Positions 1 to 9,320 of a stretch of DNA of 64,000 bases are shown piece by piece. The notes under the pieces were generated by a model. It was not told the DNA's origin. It saw nothing but the letters and a program-made list of their open reading frames with translations, and searched no databases. The stretch's first letter is position 1; each line of letters begins with the position of its first letter. The position numbers and the translations under genes are program-made. The DNA is from Thermoplasmata archaeon (lineage in GTDB: Archaea > Thermoplasmatota > E2 > JACPAO01 > JAHFTW01): the NCBI GenBank assembly GCA_034667725.1, contig JAXDQS010000010.1, positions 217,937 through 281,936 of the forward strand, in the 5' to 3' direction.

Positions 1-1
1 C

Positions 2-2008
2 GGCGTGACCGGCCCCTGGAGCAACGCCCTGTCGGTCGCGACCTGGATCGCGCCGCCGGGCCCGGTCACGAACGCCGTCGCCTACAGCAAGAGCATGGCG
101 ACCGGCCGCGTCGAGCACGGGCTCACCGGCATCGTGGACTGGGACGTGCCCACCGCGAACAACTGCCCCGTCGTGGACTACAAGATCTACAAGACGGACA
201 ACACGTTCGCGCCGCTCGGCATCGACCTCTACAACGACCCGCACGCGGTGGTCCCCCACCCGACGACGGTGCTGGAGGACACGCCCAACGTGGTGTGCGT
301 CCGCTACACCTACGACATCCAGGCCGACAACACCGCCCTCGGCGGCGGCCTTGGCCCGGCCGTCCAGGTGAGCTACGTCCACATGATCTACGTCGATGCC
401 GACACCTACGCCGGCGACGCAGAGGCCATCACGGGCCTGCCCATCGCGGCCACCCGCGGCACCGCCTCGGGCGCGACCGGCCTGCCCCTCTCGGACGTGC
501 CCATGGTGGCGCTGCCCGTCTGCGGCCTGCCGTGCATGCCCTTGGACATCGAGCTGTGGGACACCGACGAAGGCCTCGCGTACCACGTCGACCTGGACGA
601 CTTCCCGTTCTACGAGAAGCGCGACCCGGCCGGCTACCCCGCGGGCATCGGCTACGACCTCCTGCTGGAGTCGCAGTGCGTCCCGGACCCGCCGTGCATG
701 AGCCAGCGCGGCGACTACCTCTACGACAACCCGTTCACCGGCACCAGCCTGTGGCTTGAGCTGGCCGGCGCGCCCAAGGTGCACTTCCACCAAGGCGTCC
801 CCGACCCGAACGGGGCCGTGACCCTGCCCACGGAGCCCGTGGGCACCGGCAAGGCCGTCGTCGTGGAGTGCGTCCCCGCCCTCCCCTGCCTGTGGGCCAA
901 CGCCGGCTACACCAACCAGGTGCTCGGCTTCGGCGGCTGGGCCTCGGCGCCGGGCTCCCTCGGGGCCTACGTCCACCAGCCGACCCTCGGCGGCCCCAAC
1001 CCGCTGGGCACGTACTACGCCGGCGCGGCCCTCGGCTGCATCCCGGACGTCCCATGCCTGCGGGGCGGCGGCGGGTACCTCGGCGTCCGCCCGCTCGACG
1101 CCGACGTCTACTGGCCCGGCGCCGACGGCGGCTCGCTGGTGGTGTTCGCGTACACGCCCGACTCGCCCACGGCGACCCCGGGCATCACGAGCACCTCGAC
1201 GCTGCCGACGGTGGACCGCAACTGCGTCGTCGACTGCAGGAGCATCCCGTCCAACACGCTGGTCAACCCGTGCGACCCCTGCCCGGACATGCCCAACCCT
1301 GGCCCGCTGCCGTGCGGCGTCTGCACGCGCGTGCAGGCCCAGGTCGTGTGCGACCCGGTCTGCCCCAACCAGGAATGCATCCCCGACTGCGAGGACCTCG
1401 GCACCTGCCCTCCCCCGTGCGACCCGCGGGACCCGAAGGCGGAGTGCTGCGAGTCGGCCCTCTCGGCCGACTGCCTGGTGCCGACCTGCGAAGACCTCCT
1501 GGGCCGGCCTTGCACGTGCGACAACCTGCTCGGGCGGTCCTGCACCTGCGACAGCCTGGCCGGGCGGTCCTGCACGGTGACGTGCCATGACGTCCCGCGG
1601 CCGAACCCCTCCGTGGACCCGTGCAATCCCTGCCCGCCGTCCACCACAGGCCCGGTCCCGTGCGACGTCTGCCCGCCCGCCCCCCCGCAGGTGTGCAGCC
1701 CGCCGGACTGCGACGACGTGACCAACCCCGTGGCCGGCCACGACCCATGCCGGCCGCCTTGCAGCGTGCCCATCAATGTGAACACCTGCCTGCCGTGCGA
1801 CCCGACACCGATCCAGGGATGCACGGGGACGCTGCCTTGCGTCAACAACCTGGATGACTGCCTGCCGGTGACGACGTGCGACCCCACGCCCATCCAGAAC
1901 TGCATTCCGGAGCTCCCGTGCGGGACCATCCAGGAGTGCATCGTCCGGCAGGAGCCCATCTGCGTCACCGTGGGTGGCCGGAACCCCATCTGCGTCACCA
2001 ACGCCTGA
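2..2008 (+). CDS. Cys-rich secreted repeat protein, 5'-partial (continues upstream of window)
   Basis: Open frame runs from the window edge to the stop at 2006-2008. C-terminal third is dense in Cys with repeated CDPTPIQ and TC(D/E)xL(L/A)GR(P/S)C modules; no C-terminal TM. Confidence 0.5.
   Translation, partial: GVTGPWSNALSVATWIAPPGPVTNAVAYSKSMATGRVEHGLTGIVDWDVPTANNCPVVDYKIYKTDNTFAPLGIDLYNDPHAVVPHPTTVLEDTPNVVCVRYTYDIQADNTALGGGLGPAVQVSYVHMIYVDADTYAGDAEAITGLPIAATRGTASGATGLPLSDVPMVALPVCGLPCMPLDIELWDTDEGLAYHVDLDDFPFYEKRDPAGYPAGIGYDLLLESQCVPDPPCMSQRGDYLYDNPFTGTSLWLELAGAPKVHFHQGVPDPNGAVTLPTEPVGTGKAVVVECVPALPCLWANAGYTNQVLGFGGWASAPGSLGAYVHQPTLGGPNPLGTYYAGAALGCIPDVPCLRGGGGYLGVRPLDADVYWPGADGGSLVVFAYTPDSPTATPGITSTSTLPTVDRNCVVDCRSIPSNTLVNPCDPCPDMPNPGPLPCGVCTRVQAQVVCDPVCPNQECIPDCEDLGTCPPPCDPRDPKAECCESALSADCLVPTCEDLLGRPCTCDNLLGRSCTCDSLAGRSCTVTCHDVPRPNPSVDPCNPCPPSTTGPVPCDVCPPAPPQVCSPPDCDDVTNPVAGHDPCRPPCSVPINVNTCLPCDPTPIQGCTGTLPCVNNLDDCLPVTTCDPTPIQNCIPELPCGTIQECIVRQEPICVTVGGRNPICVTNA
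1484..1573 (+). repeat. Three tandem 30-bp in-frame repeats encoding TC(E/D)xLxGR(P/S)C
   Basis: Units 1484-1513, 1514-1543 and 1544-1573 are near-identical (acctgcga..ggccggccttgc / acgtgcgac..cgggcggtcctgc / acctgcgac..cgggcggtcctgc). Confidence 0.7.
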
Positions 2009-2013
2009 CGGGC

Positions 2014-2064
2014 ATCTTCCCCCTTCGCCCCTCTTTCCCTCCTCCTTTTTCCTTCCCTTTTCGC
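2014..2064 (+). terminator. Pyrimidine-rich tract with T5/T4 runs directly after the stop; putative archaeal intrinsic terminator
   Basis: cttcccccttcgcccctctttccctcctcctttttccttcccttttcgc follows the stop; the CTCCTTTTTCC core recurs after two other genes in the window. Confidence 0.3.
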
Positions 2065-2092
2065 GCCGGGGAGCCTAAGTAGCATCGGCCGG

Positions 2093-3661
2093 GTGCGCGC
2101 AAGCGTGAGCGTCGAGGCGAAGGTCGCGGACCTCCGGCGGAAGAAGGCCGAGTCGCTGGCGGGCGGCGGCGCGGAGCGCGTCGAGAAGCAGCACCAGGCG
2201 GGCAAGCACACGGCCCGCGAGCGCGTCGACCTCTTGCTGGACGCCGGCACCTTCGTCGAGCTGGACGCGCTGCGGGTCCACGAGTCGCACGACTTCGGCA
2301 TGGACAAGAAGCACTACCTCGGCGACGGCGTCGTCACCGGCTGGGGCCACGTCGACGGCCGACTGGTGTACGTGTTCGCGCAGGACTTCACCGTCCTTGG
2401 CGGCTCGCTCGGTGGCGTCTACGCCGAGAAGATCTGCAAGGTGATGGACCTCGCCGTCCAGAACGGCGCGCCCGTGGTTGGCCTCAACGACTCCGGCGGC
2501 GCGCGCATCCAGGAGGGCGTCGTGGCGCTCGGGGGCTACGCGGAAATCTTCTGGCGCAACACGCGGGCCTCCGGCGTCGTGCCGCAGATCTCGGCCATCC
2601 TTGGGCCGTGCGCGGGCGGCGCCGTCTACTCCCCCGCCATCACCGACTTCGTGCTCATGGTGCAGGACACCAGCCACATGTTCATCACCGGCCCCGAGGT
2701 CATCAAGACCGTCACTGGCGAGACCGTCACCTTCGACGAGCTGGGCGGCGCGCACACCCACATGGCCACCTCGGGCGTCGCGCACATGAGCTACGAGGAC
2801 GAGGAGGCCTGCATCAAGGGCATCCGCGAACTCTTGTCCTACCTGCCGTCCAACAACCTCAGCGAGCCGCCGCAGCTCACCCCCACCGACGACCCGTCCC
2901 GCATGGACGAGGCCCTGCTGCGCCTGGTGCCCGACTCGCCCGACAAGCCCTACGACATGCTTGCGGTCATCCGCGCCATCGTCGACGGCGGCCGCTTCCT
3001 CGAGGTCCAGCCCGAGTTCGCCAAGAACATCGTGTGCGGCCTCGCCCGCCTCAACGGCCGCAGCGTCGGCGTCGTCGCCAACCAGCCCGCCAACCTCGCC
3101 GGCGTCCTAGACATCGACGCCTCCACCAAGGCCGCCCGCTTCGTGCGCACCTGCGACGCCTTCAACCTCCCGCTCGTGACCTTCGTCGACGTCCCCGGCT
3201 TCCTGCCCGGCGTCGGCCAGGAGCACCGCGGCATCATCCGCCACGGCGCCAAGCTGCTGTACGCCTACGCCGAAGCCACCGTGCCCAAGCTCACCGTCAT
3301 CACCCGCAAGGCCTACGGCGGCGCCTACGACGTGATGTGCAGCAAGCACGTCCGCGCCGACTACAACGTGGCGTGGCCGACGGCGGAGATCGCGGTCATG
3401 GGCCCCGAGGGCGCGGTCAACATCGTGTTCCGCAACGAGCTCAAGGGCCTGGAGGGCAAGGCGCTCGCCGACCGCCGCTCGCAACTGGTGGCCGAGTACC
3501 GCGCCAAGTTCGCAAGCCCCTACGTCGCCGCCCGCAAGGGCTACATCGACGACGTCATCGAGCCGCAGGAGACCCGCCCCGCCTTGATCCGCGCCCTGGA
3601 GACCTTGGTCAACAAGCGGGCGGACGGGCCGAAGCGGAAGCACGGCAACATCCCGCTCTGA
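2093..3661 (+). CDS. pccB: Acyl-CoA (propionyl-CoA/acetyl-CoA) carboxylase carboxyltransferase beta subunit
   Basis: 522 aa, GTG start. Full-length match to the PccB / methylmalonyl-CoA decarboxylase alpha family (N-terminal [42 protein letters not shown] and carboxyltransferase core). Confidence 0.8.
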   Translation: MRASVSVEAKVADLRRKKAESLAGGGAERVEKQHQAGKHTARERVDLLLDAGTFVELDALRVHESHDFGMDKKHYLGDGVVTGWGHVDGRLVYVFAQDFTVLGGSLGGVYAEKICKVMDLAVQNGAPVVGLNDSGGARIQEGVVALGGYAEIFWRNTRASGVVPQISAILGPCAGGAVYSPAITDFVLMVQDTSHMFITGPEVIKTVTGETVTFDELGGAHTHMATSGVAHMSYEDEEACIKGIRELLSYLPSNNLSEPPQLTPTDDPSRMDEALLRLVPDSPDKPYDMLAVIRAIVDGGRFLEVQPEFAKNIVCGLARLNGRSVGVVANQPANLAGVLDIDASTKAARFVRTCDAFNLPLVTFVDVPGFLPGVGQEHRGIIRHGAKLLYAYAEATVPKLTVITRKAYGGAYDVMCSKHVRADYNVAWPTAEIAVMGPEGAVNIVFRNELKGLEGKALADRRSQLVAEYRAKFASPYVAARKGYIDDVIEPQETRPALIRALETLVNKRADGPKRKHGNIPL

Positions 3662-3748
3662 CAGGGACACGCCTGGTTGCCCCCGGCGCCCGCATTATCC
3701 CGCCCCCGCATTTCGTGGGCCGGGGCGTGGTGGGCGCCCGCAAGGACG

Positions 3749-4954
3749 ATGCGCATGCACCCGCGACCGACATTGAAGCTCCGCCTGCCCTCTGCTGCCC
3801 TGCCGCTGCTGCTCCTGCTGTCCTCCGTGGGCCTGGCCGCCCCCGTCGCTGCGGAGGAATCGCCCCCGGCCGGCTGCGCCCCCACCGGCCTCAGCGGCTT
3901 CTACCAGGACGACGTCGTGTACCTGCAATGGGACGCGACCGCGGGCGCCACGGCCTACGACCTCTACCACGACCCCGGCGACGGCGAACTGGTGTACTTC
4001 ACCACCGTCTATGCGCCCGAGACGCAGACCTACGACCCCACCGTCGTGGCCGGGCGCACCTACCGCTACCTTGCCACCGCCTACGTGGACGGCATCGAGA
4101 CCCAGAGCTGCGGCCCCATCTCCGTGACGACCACGGCGCCGCCCTGCGCTCCCCAGGACTTCACCGCCACGGGCCAAAGCGACGGCATCCTGCTCCAGTG
4201 GACCGCGACGGAGGGCGCGACCCAGTACGACATCTACCGGTGGGACGACACCGACCCCGGCGGGCAGCTGCTGGCGAGCGTGCAGCCGCCCGCCACCCAG
4301 TACTTCGACGGGCAGACCGTCCCGGACGTCTGGTACTGGTACGGCGCGGTGGCCATCGTCGACGGCGCCACGACCGACGGCTGCGGCAGCGTGGTCGCCA
4401 AGATGGACACGTCCGAGACGGGGCCGGCCCCTGACCCGAACGTCTGCGCCCCCGCCGACTTCACGGCGACCCCCATCGGCAGCTTCGTGCAACTCTCCTG
4501 GACCGCCACCGTCAACGCCTCGCAGTACAACATCTACCGCGCCCGCGAGGACGGCGCGTTCCGCCTCGTCATCCTGGGCGACGCCAGCACCACCTCCACC
4601 ATCGACACCCAGGTCGAGGCGCAGACGACGTACCACTACTACGCGACCGCGGAAGGCGGCGGCGTCGTGACCCCGAGCTGCGGCATCGTGACCGTGACGA
4701 CCCAGGGCGAATGCTCCCCGATGCTCACCGTCACGCGCGGCGACGGCGTCAACCACCTGGAGTGGGGCTTCCTGCCCGCGGCGGAGCACTACAACGTGTA
4801 CGTGGGCAAGAACCCGCGGCACATGACGCTCCTGGCCTCGGTGTTCAACGGCAACGAATACCACCACACGGTTCACGACCCCAAGGCCAAGCTCCACTAC
4901 GAGGTGCGCGCGGTGGTGGACGGCGAGGAGAGGCCGGCCTGCAACACCGCCTGA
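3749..4954 (+). CDS. Secreted protein with four FN3/Ig-like ~85-aa repeats
   Basis: Signal peptide (MRMHPRPTLKLRLPSAALPLLLLLSSVGLAAPVAA). Four repeats each start CAP/CSP and contain an aromatic (Y/W)-(D/N)-(I/L/V)-Y-(H/R/V) motif. Start codon approximate. Confidence 0.55.
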   Translation: MRMHPRPTLKLRLPSAALPLLLLLSSVGLAAPVAAEESPPAGCAPTGLSGFYQDDVVYLQWDATAGATAYDLYHDPGDGELVYFTTVYAPETQTYDPTVVAGRTYRYLATAYVDGIETQSCGPISVTTTAPPCAPQDFTATGQSDGILLQWTATEGATQYDIYRWDDTDPGGQLLASVQPPATQYFDGQTVPDVWYWYGAVAIVDGATTDGCGSVVAKMDTSETGPAPDPNVCAPADFTATPIGSFVQLSWTATVNASQYNIYRAREDGAFRLVILGDASTTSTIDTQVEAQTTYHYYATAEGGGVVTPSCGIVTVTTQGECSPMLTVTRGDGVNHLEWGFLPAAEHYNVYVGKNPRHMTLLASVFNGNEYHHTVHDPKAKLHYEVRAVVDGEERPACNTA

Positions 4955-4984
4955 GGCCTCCACGCGCAGCCAAGGCCCTCGGGC

Positions 4985-5110
4985 CCGCCGGCCTTTCCGG
5001 TGCAGCCACTTGTTTTCCGCTCATCGGAAGCTGCGCGACGGCCCCGCCCCCAAGGGCAGGGTTCCACCGGAAGCAAGGGGGTCTCTGAAGGGGGCGGATA
5101 CCTATATTTC
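4985..5110. other. Candidate replication origin region with ORB-like elements upstream of orc1
   Basis: gttccaccggaagcaagggggtc at 5061-5083 resembles the archaeal origin recognition box (TTCCA-N-GGAA dyad plus G-string). A second G-string and partial dyads (ttccggtg at 4994, ttttccgctcatcggaagc) lie nearby. No strongly AT-rich unwinding element is visible. Confidence 0.35.
5102..5109 (+). promoter_or_regulatory. TATA-box-like element upstream of orc1
   Basis: ctatattt is an AT-rich octamer in a ~70% GC background, ~45 nt upstream of the in-frame ATG at 5153. Confidence 0.3.
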
Positions 5111-5152
5111 CCATGCCCGTCTTGGCACGAATCCCGCGGGGGTCCAGGACCC

Positions 5153-6523
5153 ATGGAACCCGTGCAGCCGCTGGGAGGCGGAGGCGCGGCGGAGGGTCCA
5201 CGGCACCGAGCTGGGAGGTTTCCTTCGTTGGCTGTCAATGACTTGTTTGGCCAGTTGCTCCAGGTCGAGCCCCTCTTCGTGAACAAGGAGGTCATGCGGG
5301 CCTCCTACACGCCCGACGACCTGCCGCACCGGGACACGGAGATCCGCTCGCTCGGCAGCCTGCTGGTCCCCGCCCTGCGCGGCGAGACCCCGTCGAACGT
5401 CTTCATCTACGGCAAGACCGGCACGGGCAAGACCGCCTGCGTCAAGTACGTCGGCAAGGAGCTCAGCCACAAGGGCGTCGAGCTCGGCAAGCGCGTCAAC
5501 CTCATCTACATCAACTGCGAGATCGTCGACACCCAGTACCGCGTCCTGCAGAACATCGCCAACGCCTTCGTCCCCGCAGAGAACTGGAACCACCGCATCC
5601 CCTTCACCGGCTGGCCCACGGACGAAGTGTACGAGGCGCTGCGGCGCTACGTCGACGGCTGGATGAAGGCCGACGACACCCAATGGGTCCGCGACCCCAG
5701 CCGCGTCGGCGGCGAGGTCACCATCATCGTGCTCGACGAGGTGGACAAGCTCAAGGGCGACGAGGTCCTCTACAACCTCACCCGCATCAACGGCGACCTG
5801 GCCCAGAACAAGGTCAGCGTCATCGGCATCTCGAACGACCTCAAGTTCACCGAGTTCCTCGACCCCCGCGTCAAGTCGTCCCTCGGCGAGGAATCGATGA
5901 TCTTCGCGCCCTACGACGCCAAGCAGCTCGAGGACATCCTGATGCAGCGCGCCACCATGGCGCTCAAGCTGAACGTCGTCCAGGACGGCGTCGTGCCCCT
6001 GTGCGCCGCCCTGGCCGCCCGCGAGCACGGCGACGCCCGCCGCGCCCTCGACCTCCTCCGCGTCGCCGCCGAATTGGCCGAGCGCGACCGCGCCCCCAAG
6101 GTCACCGACGCCCACGTCCGCATGGCCCAGAACAAGATCGAGCTGGACCGCATCAGCGAGGTCGTGCGCACCCTGCCCACCCAGAGCAAGCTCGTCCTGC
6201 TGGCCACCATCCTCGGCGAGGAGGCCAACCGCGACCAAGGCGTCCACACCCTCACCACCGGCGAGGTGTTCGACGTCTACAAGGACCTCTGCAAGCACAC
6301 CGGCAGCGACGTGCTGACCCAGCGCCGCATCACCGACCTCATCAGCGAGCTCGACATGCTCGGCATCTTCACGGCCCGCGTCATCTCGAAGGGCCGCTAC
6401 GGCCGCACCCGCGAGATCCAGATGAGCTGCCCCATCGACAGCACCAAGCGCGTGCTGGAGGAGGACGAGCTCATCCGGACGGTCGTGCAGCACAAGCCGA
6501 AGAAGCAGCATCGTCTGACTTGA
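5153..6523 (+). CDS. orc1: Orc1/Cdc6 replication initiator (AAA+ ATPase with C-terminal winged helix)
   Basis: Walker A GKTGTGKT, Walker B IIVLDEVD, and the conserved N-terminal YTPDDLPHRDTEI motif. Start uncertain: in-frame ATG at 5153 or TTG near 5228; the ORF-track start at 5000 is probably too far upstream. Confidence 0.85.
   Translation: MEPVQPLGGGGAAEGPRHRAGRFPSLAVNDLFGQLLQVEPLFVNKEVMRASYTPDDLPHRDTEIRSLGSLLVPALRGETPSNVFIYGKTGTGKTACVKYVGKELSHKGVELGKRVNLIYINCEIVDTQYRVLQNIANAFVPAENWNHRIPFTGWPTDEVYEALRRYVDGWMKADDTQWVRDPSRVGGEVTIIVLDEVDKLKGDEVLYNLTRINGDLAQNKVSVIGISNDLKFTEFLDPRVKSSLGEESMIFAPYDAKQLEDILMQRATMALKLNVVQDGVVPLCAALAAREHGDARRALDLLRVAAELAERDRAPKVTDAHVRMAQNKIELDRISEVVRTLPTQSKLVLLATILGEEANRDQGVHTLTTGEVFDVYKDLCKHTGSDVLTQRRITDLISELDMLGIFTARVISKGRYGRTREIQMSCPIDSTKRVLEEDELIRTVVQHKPKKQHRLT
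6485..6519 (+). repeat. Direct repeat copy 1 (last 35 nt of the orc1 coding sequence)
   Basis: gtgcagcacaagccgaagaagcagcatcgtctgac recurs 96 bp downstream. Confidence 0.7.
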
Positions 6524-6580
6524 CCTGGCCGGGGGGCCGCAGGCCTTGCCGCGGGGCGACCCTCGGGGCGGAGCCCCCGG

Positions 6581-6620
6581 GTGCAGCACAAGCCGAAGAA
6601 GCAGCATCGCATCGTCTGAC
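6581..6620 (+). repeat. Direct repeat copy 2 (duplicate of orc1 3' end with a 5-nt insertion)
   Basis: gtgcagcacaagccgaagaagcagcatcgCATCGtctgac; identical to copy 1 except for the inserted catcg. Confidence 0.7.
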
Positions 6621-6626
6621 GCCATC

Positions 6627-6668
6627 CACCGAGGACACCGAGACCACCGAAGTTCGGTGTCCTCGGTG
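6627..6668. terminator. Perfect 14-bp-stem hairpin between convergent orc1 and nob1
   Basis: caccgaggacaccg (6627-6640), 14-nt loop, cggtgtcctcggtg (6655-6668). Lies between two convergent stop codons. Confidence 0.4.
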
Positions 6669-6682
6669 CGCTCGGCGGATGG

Positions 6683-7201
6683 TCAGTCGTTGCCCCGCAT
6701 CGCCGGCTTGTGGGCTCCGCCCTGCACCGGCTTCGCCTTCACCGGCGACCCGCACACGATGCACTCCTCGCGCTTCGGCATCGTGTCGAACCAGCGGCCG
6801 CACCCGATGCAGCGCGGCCGGAAGTCCAGCGTCGCCGCGATGCCTTCGGTGTTGACCGTCTGCGTGCGCACGCCCAGGCGGCGCGCCACATCGAGGAGCG
6901 TGTAGTCGTCCGTGACCAGCGTGCCCGCCAGGTCGACGGCGAGGGCCGCGAGGCTCAGGTCGGCCGCGGACAGGCGGACCAGGTTGCCGGCCGCGGTGGC
7001 GACGTCGCGCACCCGCTCGACGGCCTCGGGTGTTGCGTCGCGGACCTGGAGGCCGGTGGCGATCCAGTTGTCGTAGCGGCGCGCGTCGCGGCCCCCCGTG
7101 GAGATTTCGGCGGCGGCCTCCGGCGTCGTGGCCCAGTTGGCAGAGCGGGGCGGGTCTTTGCCGCCAAGGAGCAGGCTGGTGTCCAGGACGAGCCAGGGCA
7201 C
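6683..7201 (-). CDS. nob1: Nob1-like PIN-domain endonuclease with C-terminal zinc ribbon
   Basis: 172 aa. N-terminal PIN-like acidic residues (VLDTS..., TDDYTLLDVA) and C-terminal CIGCGRWF...ECIVCG zinc ribbon, the archaeal Nob1 architecture. Confidence 0.6.
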   Translation of the reverse strand: MPWLVLDTSLLLGGKDPPRSANWATTPEAAAEISTGGRDARRYDNWIATGLQVRDATPEAVERVRDVATAAGNLVRLSAADLSLAALAVDLAGTLVTDDYTLLDVARRLGVRTQTVNTEGIAATLDFRPRCIGCGRWFDTMPKREECIVCGSPVKAKPVQGGAHKPAMRGND

Positions 7202-7290
7202 GGCGCGGGATTCAGCCCTCGCGGTGATGAGGCTGCCGGGTCGCGTGCCGCCGCGGCGCCCTTTTCAACTTCCCTCCGGTCGCCGCGCCC

Positions 7291-8208
7291 ATGGCCAAAG
7301 TCGGATTCGTCGGCGCGGGCACCATCGGCGCGAACTCCATCTATGCGACGCTGGCGCTCACCGACCGCATCTCCGAGATCGCCGTCGTGGACGTCAACGA
7401 GGCCGCCGCCGTCGGCCGGGCCCTCGACCTCAACACCGCGTCGGTCGCCTTCGGCCGCCGCACCCGAGTCCACGGCGCCACCGATTACGCGATCCTCAAG
7501 GGCAGCCAGGTCGTCGTGGTGTCGGCGGGGATGCCCCGCAAGCCCGGCATGACGCGCGCGGACCTTCTGGGCATCAACATCAAGATCCTCAAGTCGGTGT
7601 GCGCCGAGGTCAAGAAGCACGCCCCCGACTGCATCTTCCTCCTGGTCACGAACCCCGTCGACATCCTGCTCTACGTCTGCTGGAAGGAGCTCGGCTTCCC
7701 CCGCGAGCGCGTCCTCGGCATGACCAGCCTGCACGACTCGGCCCGCCTCACCGACATCGTCCGCGACGCCACCGGCGATCGCGAGCTGCGCGCCACCATC
7801 CTCGGCGAGCACGGCGAGACCATGTTCGTCGCCCCCAGCCTCAGCAGCCCCGAGATCAAGGCCGCCGACTGGGAGGCGCTGGAGAAGAAGACCCGCGGCC
7901 GCGCCATGGAGATCATCGAGCGCGTCGGCGCCACCGCCTACGCCCCCGGCGCCTGCACCGGCCGCATGGTCAAGGCGTTCATCGAGGACACCCACGAGGA
8001 GATTCCCACCGGCGTCATCCTCACCGGCGAGTACGGCCACCGCGATGTTGCCACCGGCGTCCCCGCCGTCCTGGGCCGCGGCGGCCTGGTGCGCGTTGTC
8101 CAGTACGAGCTGCGCCCCGACGAGAAGCAGAAGCTCGAGGTCACGGTCCAGGCGGTCAAGGACAAGATCGCCGAGGGCATGGCGATGCTGGCGGCGCCTG
8201 CGAACTGA
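7291..8208 (+). CDS. mdh: Malate dehydrogenase (LDH-like family)
   Basis: 305 aa. Rossmann GFVGAGTIG; substrate loop GMPRKPGMTR carries Arg at the discriminating position, which points to malate rather than lactate. Confidence 0.8.
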   Translation: MAKVGFVGAGTIGANSIYATLALTDRISEIAVVDVNEAAAVGRALDLNTASVAFGRRTRVHGATDYAILKGSQVVVVSAGMPRKPGMTRADLLGINIKILKSVCAEVKKHAPDCIFLLVTNPVDILLYVCWKELGFPRERVLGMTSLHDSARLTDIVRDATGDRELRATILGEHGETMFVAPSLSSPEIKAADWEALEKKTRGRAMEIIERVGATAYAPGACTGRMVKAFIEDTHEEIPTGVILTGEYGHRDVATGVPAVLGRGGLVRVVQYELRPDEKQKLEVTVQAVKDKIAEGMAMLAAPAN

Positions 8209-8391
8209 GCGGGAAGGGTCGCGCGTCAGCGCGCGCGGCCGCACGCGCAGCCGTGCGCCGCGGCCGTGATGGTCCCTGGCGCCCGCTCAGCCCGCCCGTC
8301 TTCTCGTCAAGATTCGGCCACGGGTTTCTTCATCACTGCGGGCAGGCCCGCCACGCCGGCCCGCTTTAAGCCGTCGCGCCTTCGGGGGACC

Positions 8392-8865
8392 ATGGACGAC
8401 ATCCCGGTCGTGGCCGTGCGCGACACCAAGGACCTGGCGGCGGCGCGGCAGGCGCTCGAGGACGCGGACGGCCCGGTGCTGGTGCGCATCCAGCGCGAGG
8501 GCTTGGCCGTCGTGAAGGCGCTGGCCGACGACGGCGAGCTGTGGGCGGACGCCAAGGACGTCCATGCCGACGAGGCGCTGGACATGGCGGTGGCGGGCGC
8601 GTCGCGCATCGTGCTGCACGCCGACTCCGTCGCGCCGGACATGCTGGACGAGATGGGCGACGTCCTGGGCCCGAGCCTGGCGGTGGTGGCGCGCAAGGCC
8701 GACGCCGCGCTGGCCGAGAAGCTCATGGGCTGGGGCGCGGCCTTGATCGTGCAGGAGCGCGGCGACGCCGGCGACGTCGAGTGCTACCTCGACCACGGCA
8801 GCCGCCTGGAGACGCTGCACGCCGCCGGCGACGGCGACGACGCCGCCGGCGACGCCGAAGAGTGA
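8392..8865 (+). CDS. Hypothetical acidic protein
   Basis: ORF with GC3-biased codon usage; 157 aa from the internal ATG. No family recognised. Confidence 0.4.
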   Translation: MDDIPVVAVRDTKDLAAARQALEDADGPVLVRIQREGLAVVKALADDGELWADAKDVHADEALDMAVAGASRIVLHADSVAPDMLDEMGDVLGPSLAVVARKADAALAEKLMGWGAALIVQERGDAGDVECYLDHGSRLETLHAAGDGDDAAGDAEE

Positions 8866-8867
8866 GC

Positions 8868-9320
8868 ATGGGCGACCTGGAGACGGCGCTCGCCTTCGTG
8901 GCGCGCCGCGCCGGCGCCCGCGCGATGCCGCCGGCGGCGTGGGTCCACCACCTCAGCCTGGAGCTGGCGTGGATGGCCCCCGCGCAGGCGCGCGCGTTCG
9001 TCGAGCGCGCCATGGCCGCCGGCGTGCTGCGGCTGGCTGGCGACGACGCGGAGCTGGCGTTCGACCCGCGCGCGGTCGAGGCGCCGCGCGGCTTCCGCCC
9101 GAACCCCGACACGGGCGCCGCCCCGCCGGAGGACCCGTTCGTGGCGTGGCTCGGCCGCGTGGGCGCCGCCACCGGCAAGGACCGGGCCGCCGTGCTGGCC
9201 GACGTGGCCGCGCGCCAGCAGGCCATGGGCGGGATGCTGACGGCGTGGGCGGCGCTGCTGTGGGCGGCGGCGGACGCGGGCCTCGACGTCAGGTCGGCGG
9301 CGCAAGCGTCCGCAGGATGA
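8868..9320 (+). CDS. Hypothetical protein
   Basis: ATG 3 nt after the upstream stop (operon-like spacing). Ala-rich helical protein; no family recognised. Confidence 0.4.
   Translation: MGDLETALAFVARRAGARAMPPAAWVHHLSLELAWMAPAQARAFVERAMAAGVLRLAGDDAELAFDPRAVEAPRGFRPNPDTGAAPPEDPFVAWLGRVGAATGKDRAAVLADVAARQQAMGGMLTAWAALLWAAADAGLDVRSAAQASAG

Noticed and set aside
2608-4434. Arg/Pro-rich alternative-frame ORFs such as 2608..4434 and many similar entries in the ORF track
   Set aside because: Extreme Arg/Pro/Gly composition, typical of out-of-frame translation of GC-rich coding DNA; they overlap genes with clear family signatures.
4955-7201. Integrated mobile element or provirus around orc1
   Set aside because: Apart from the duplicated orc1 3' end there is no integrase, transposase or viral gene nearby, and flanking genes are ordinary chromosomal genes. 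The duplication is reported as a finding but no mobile element is called.
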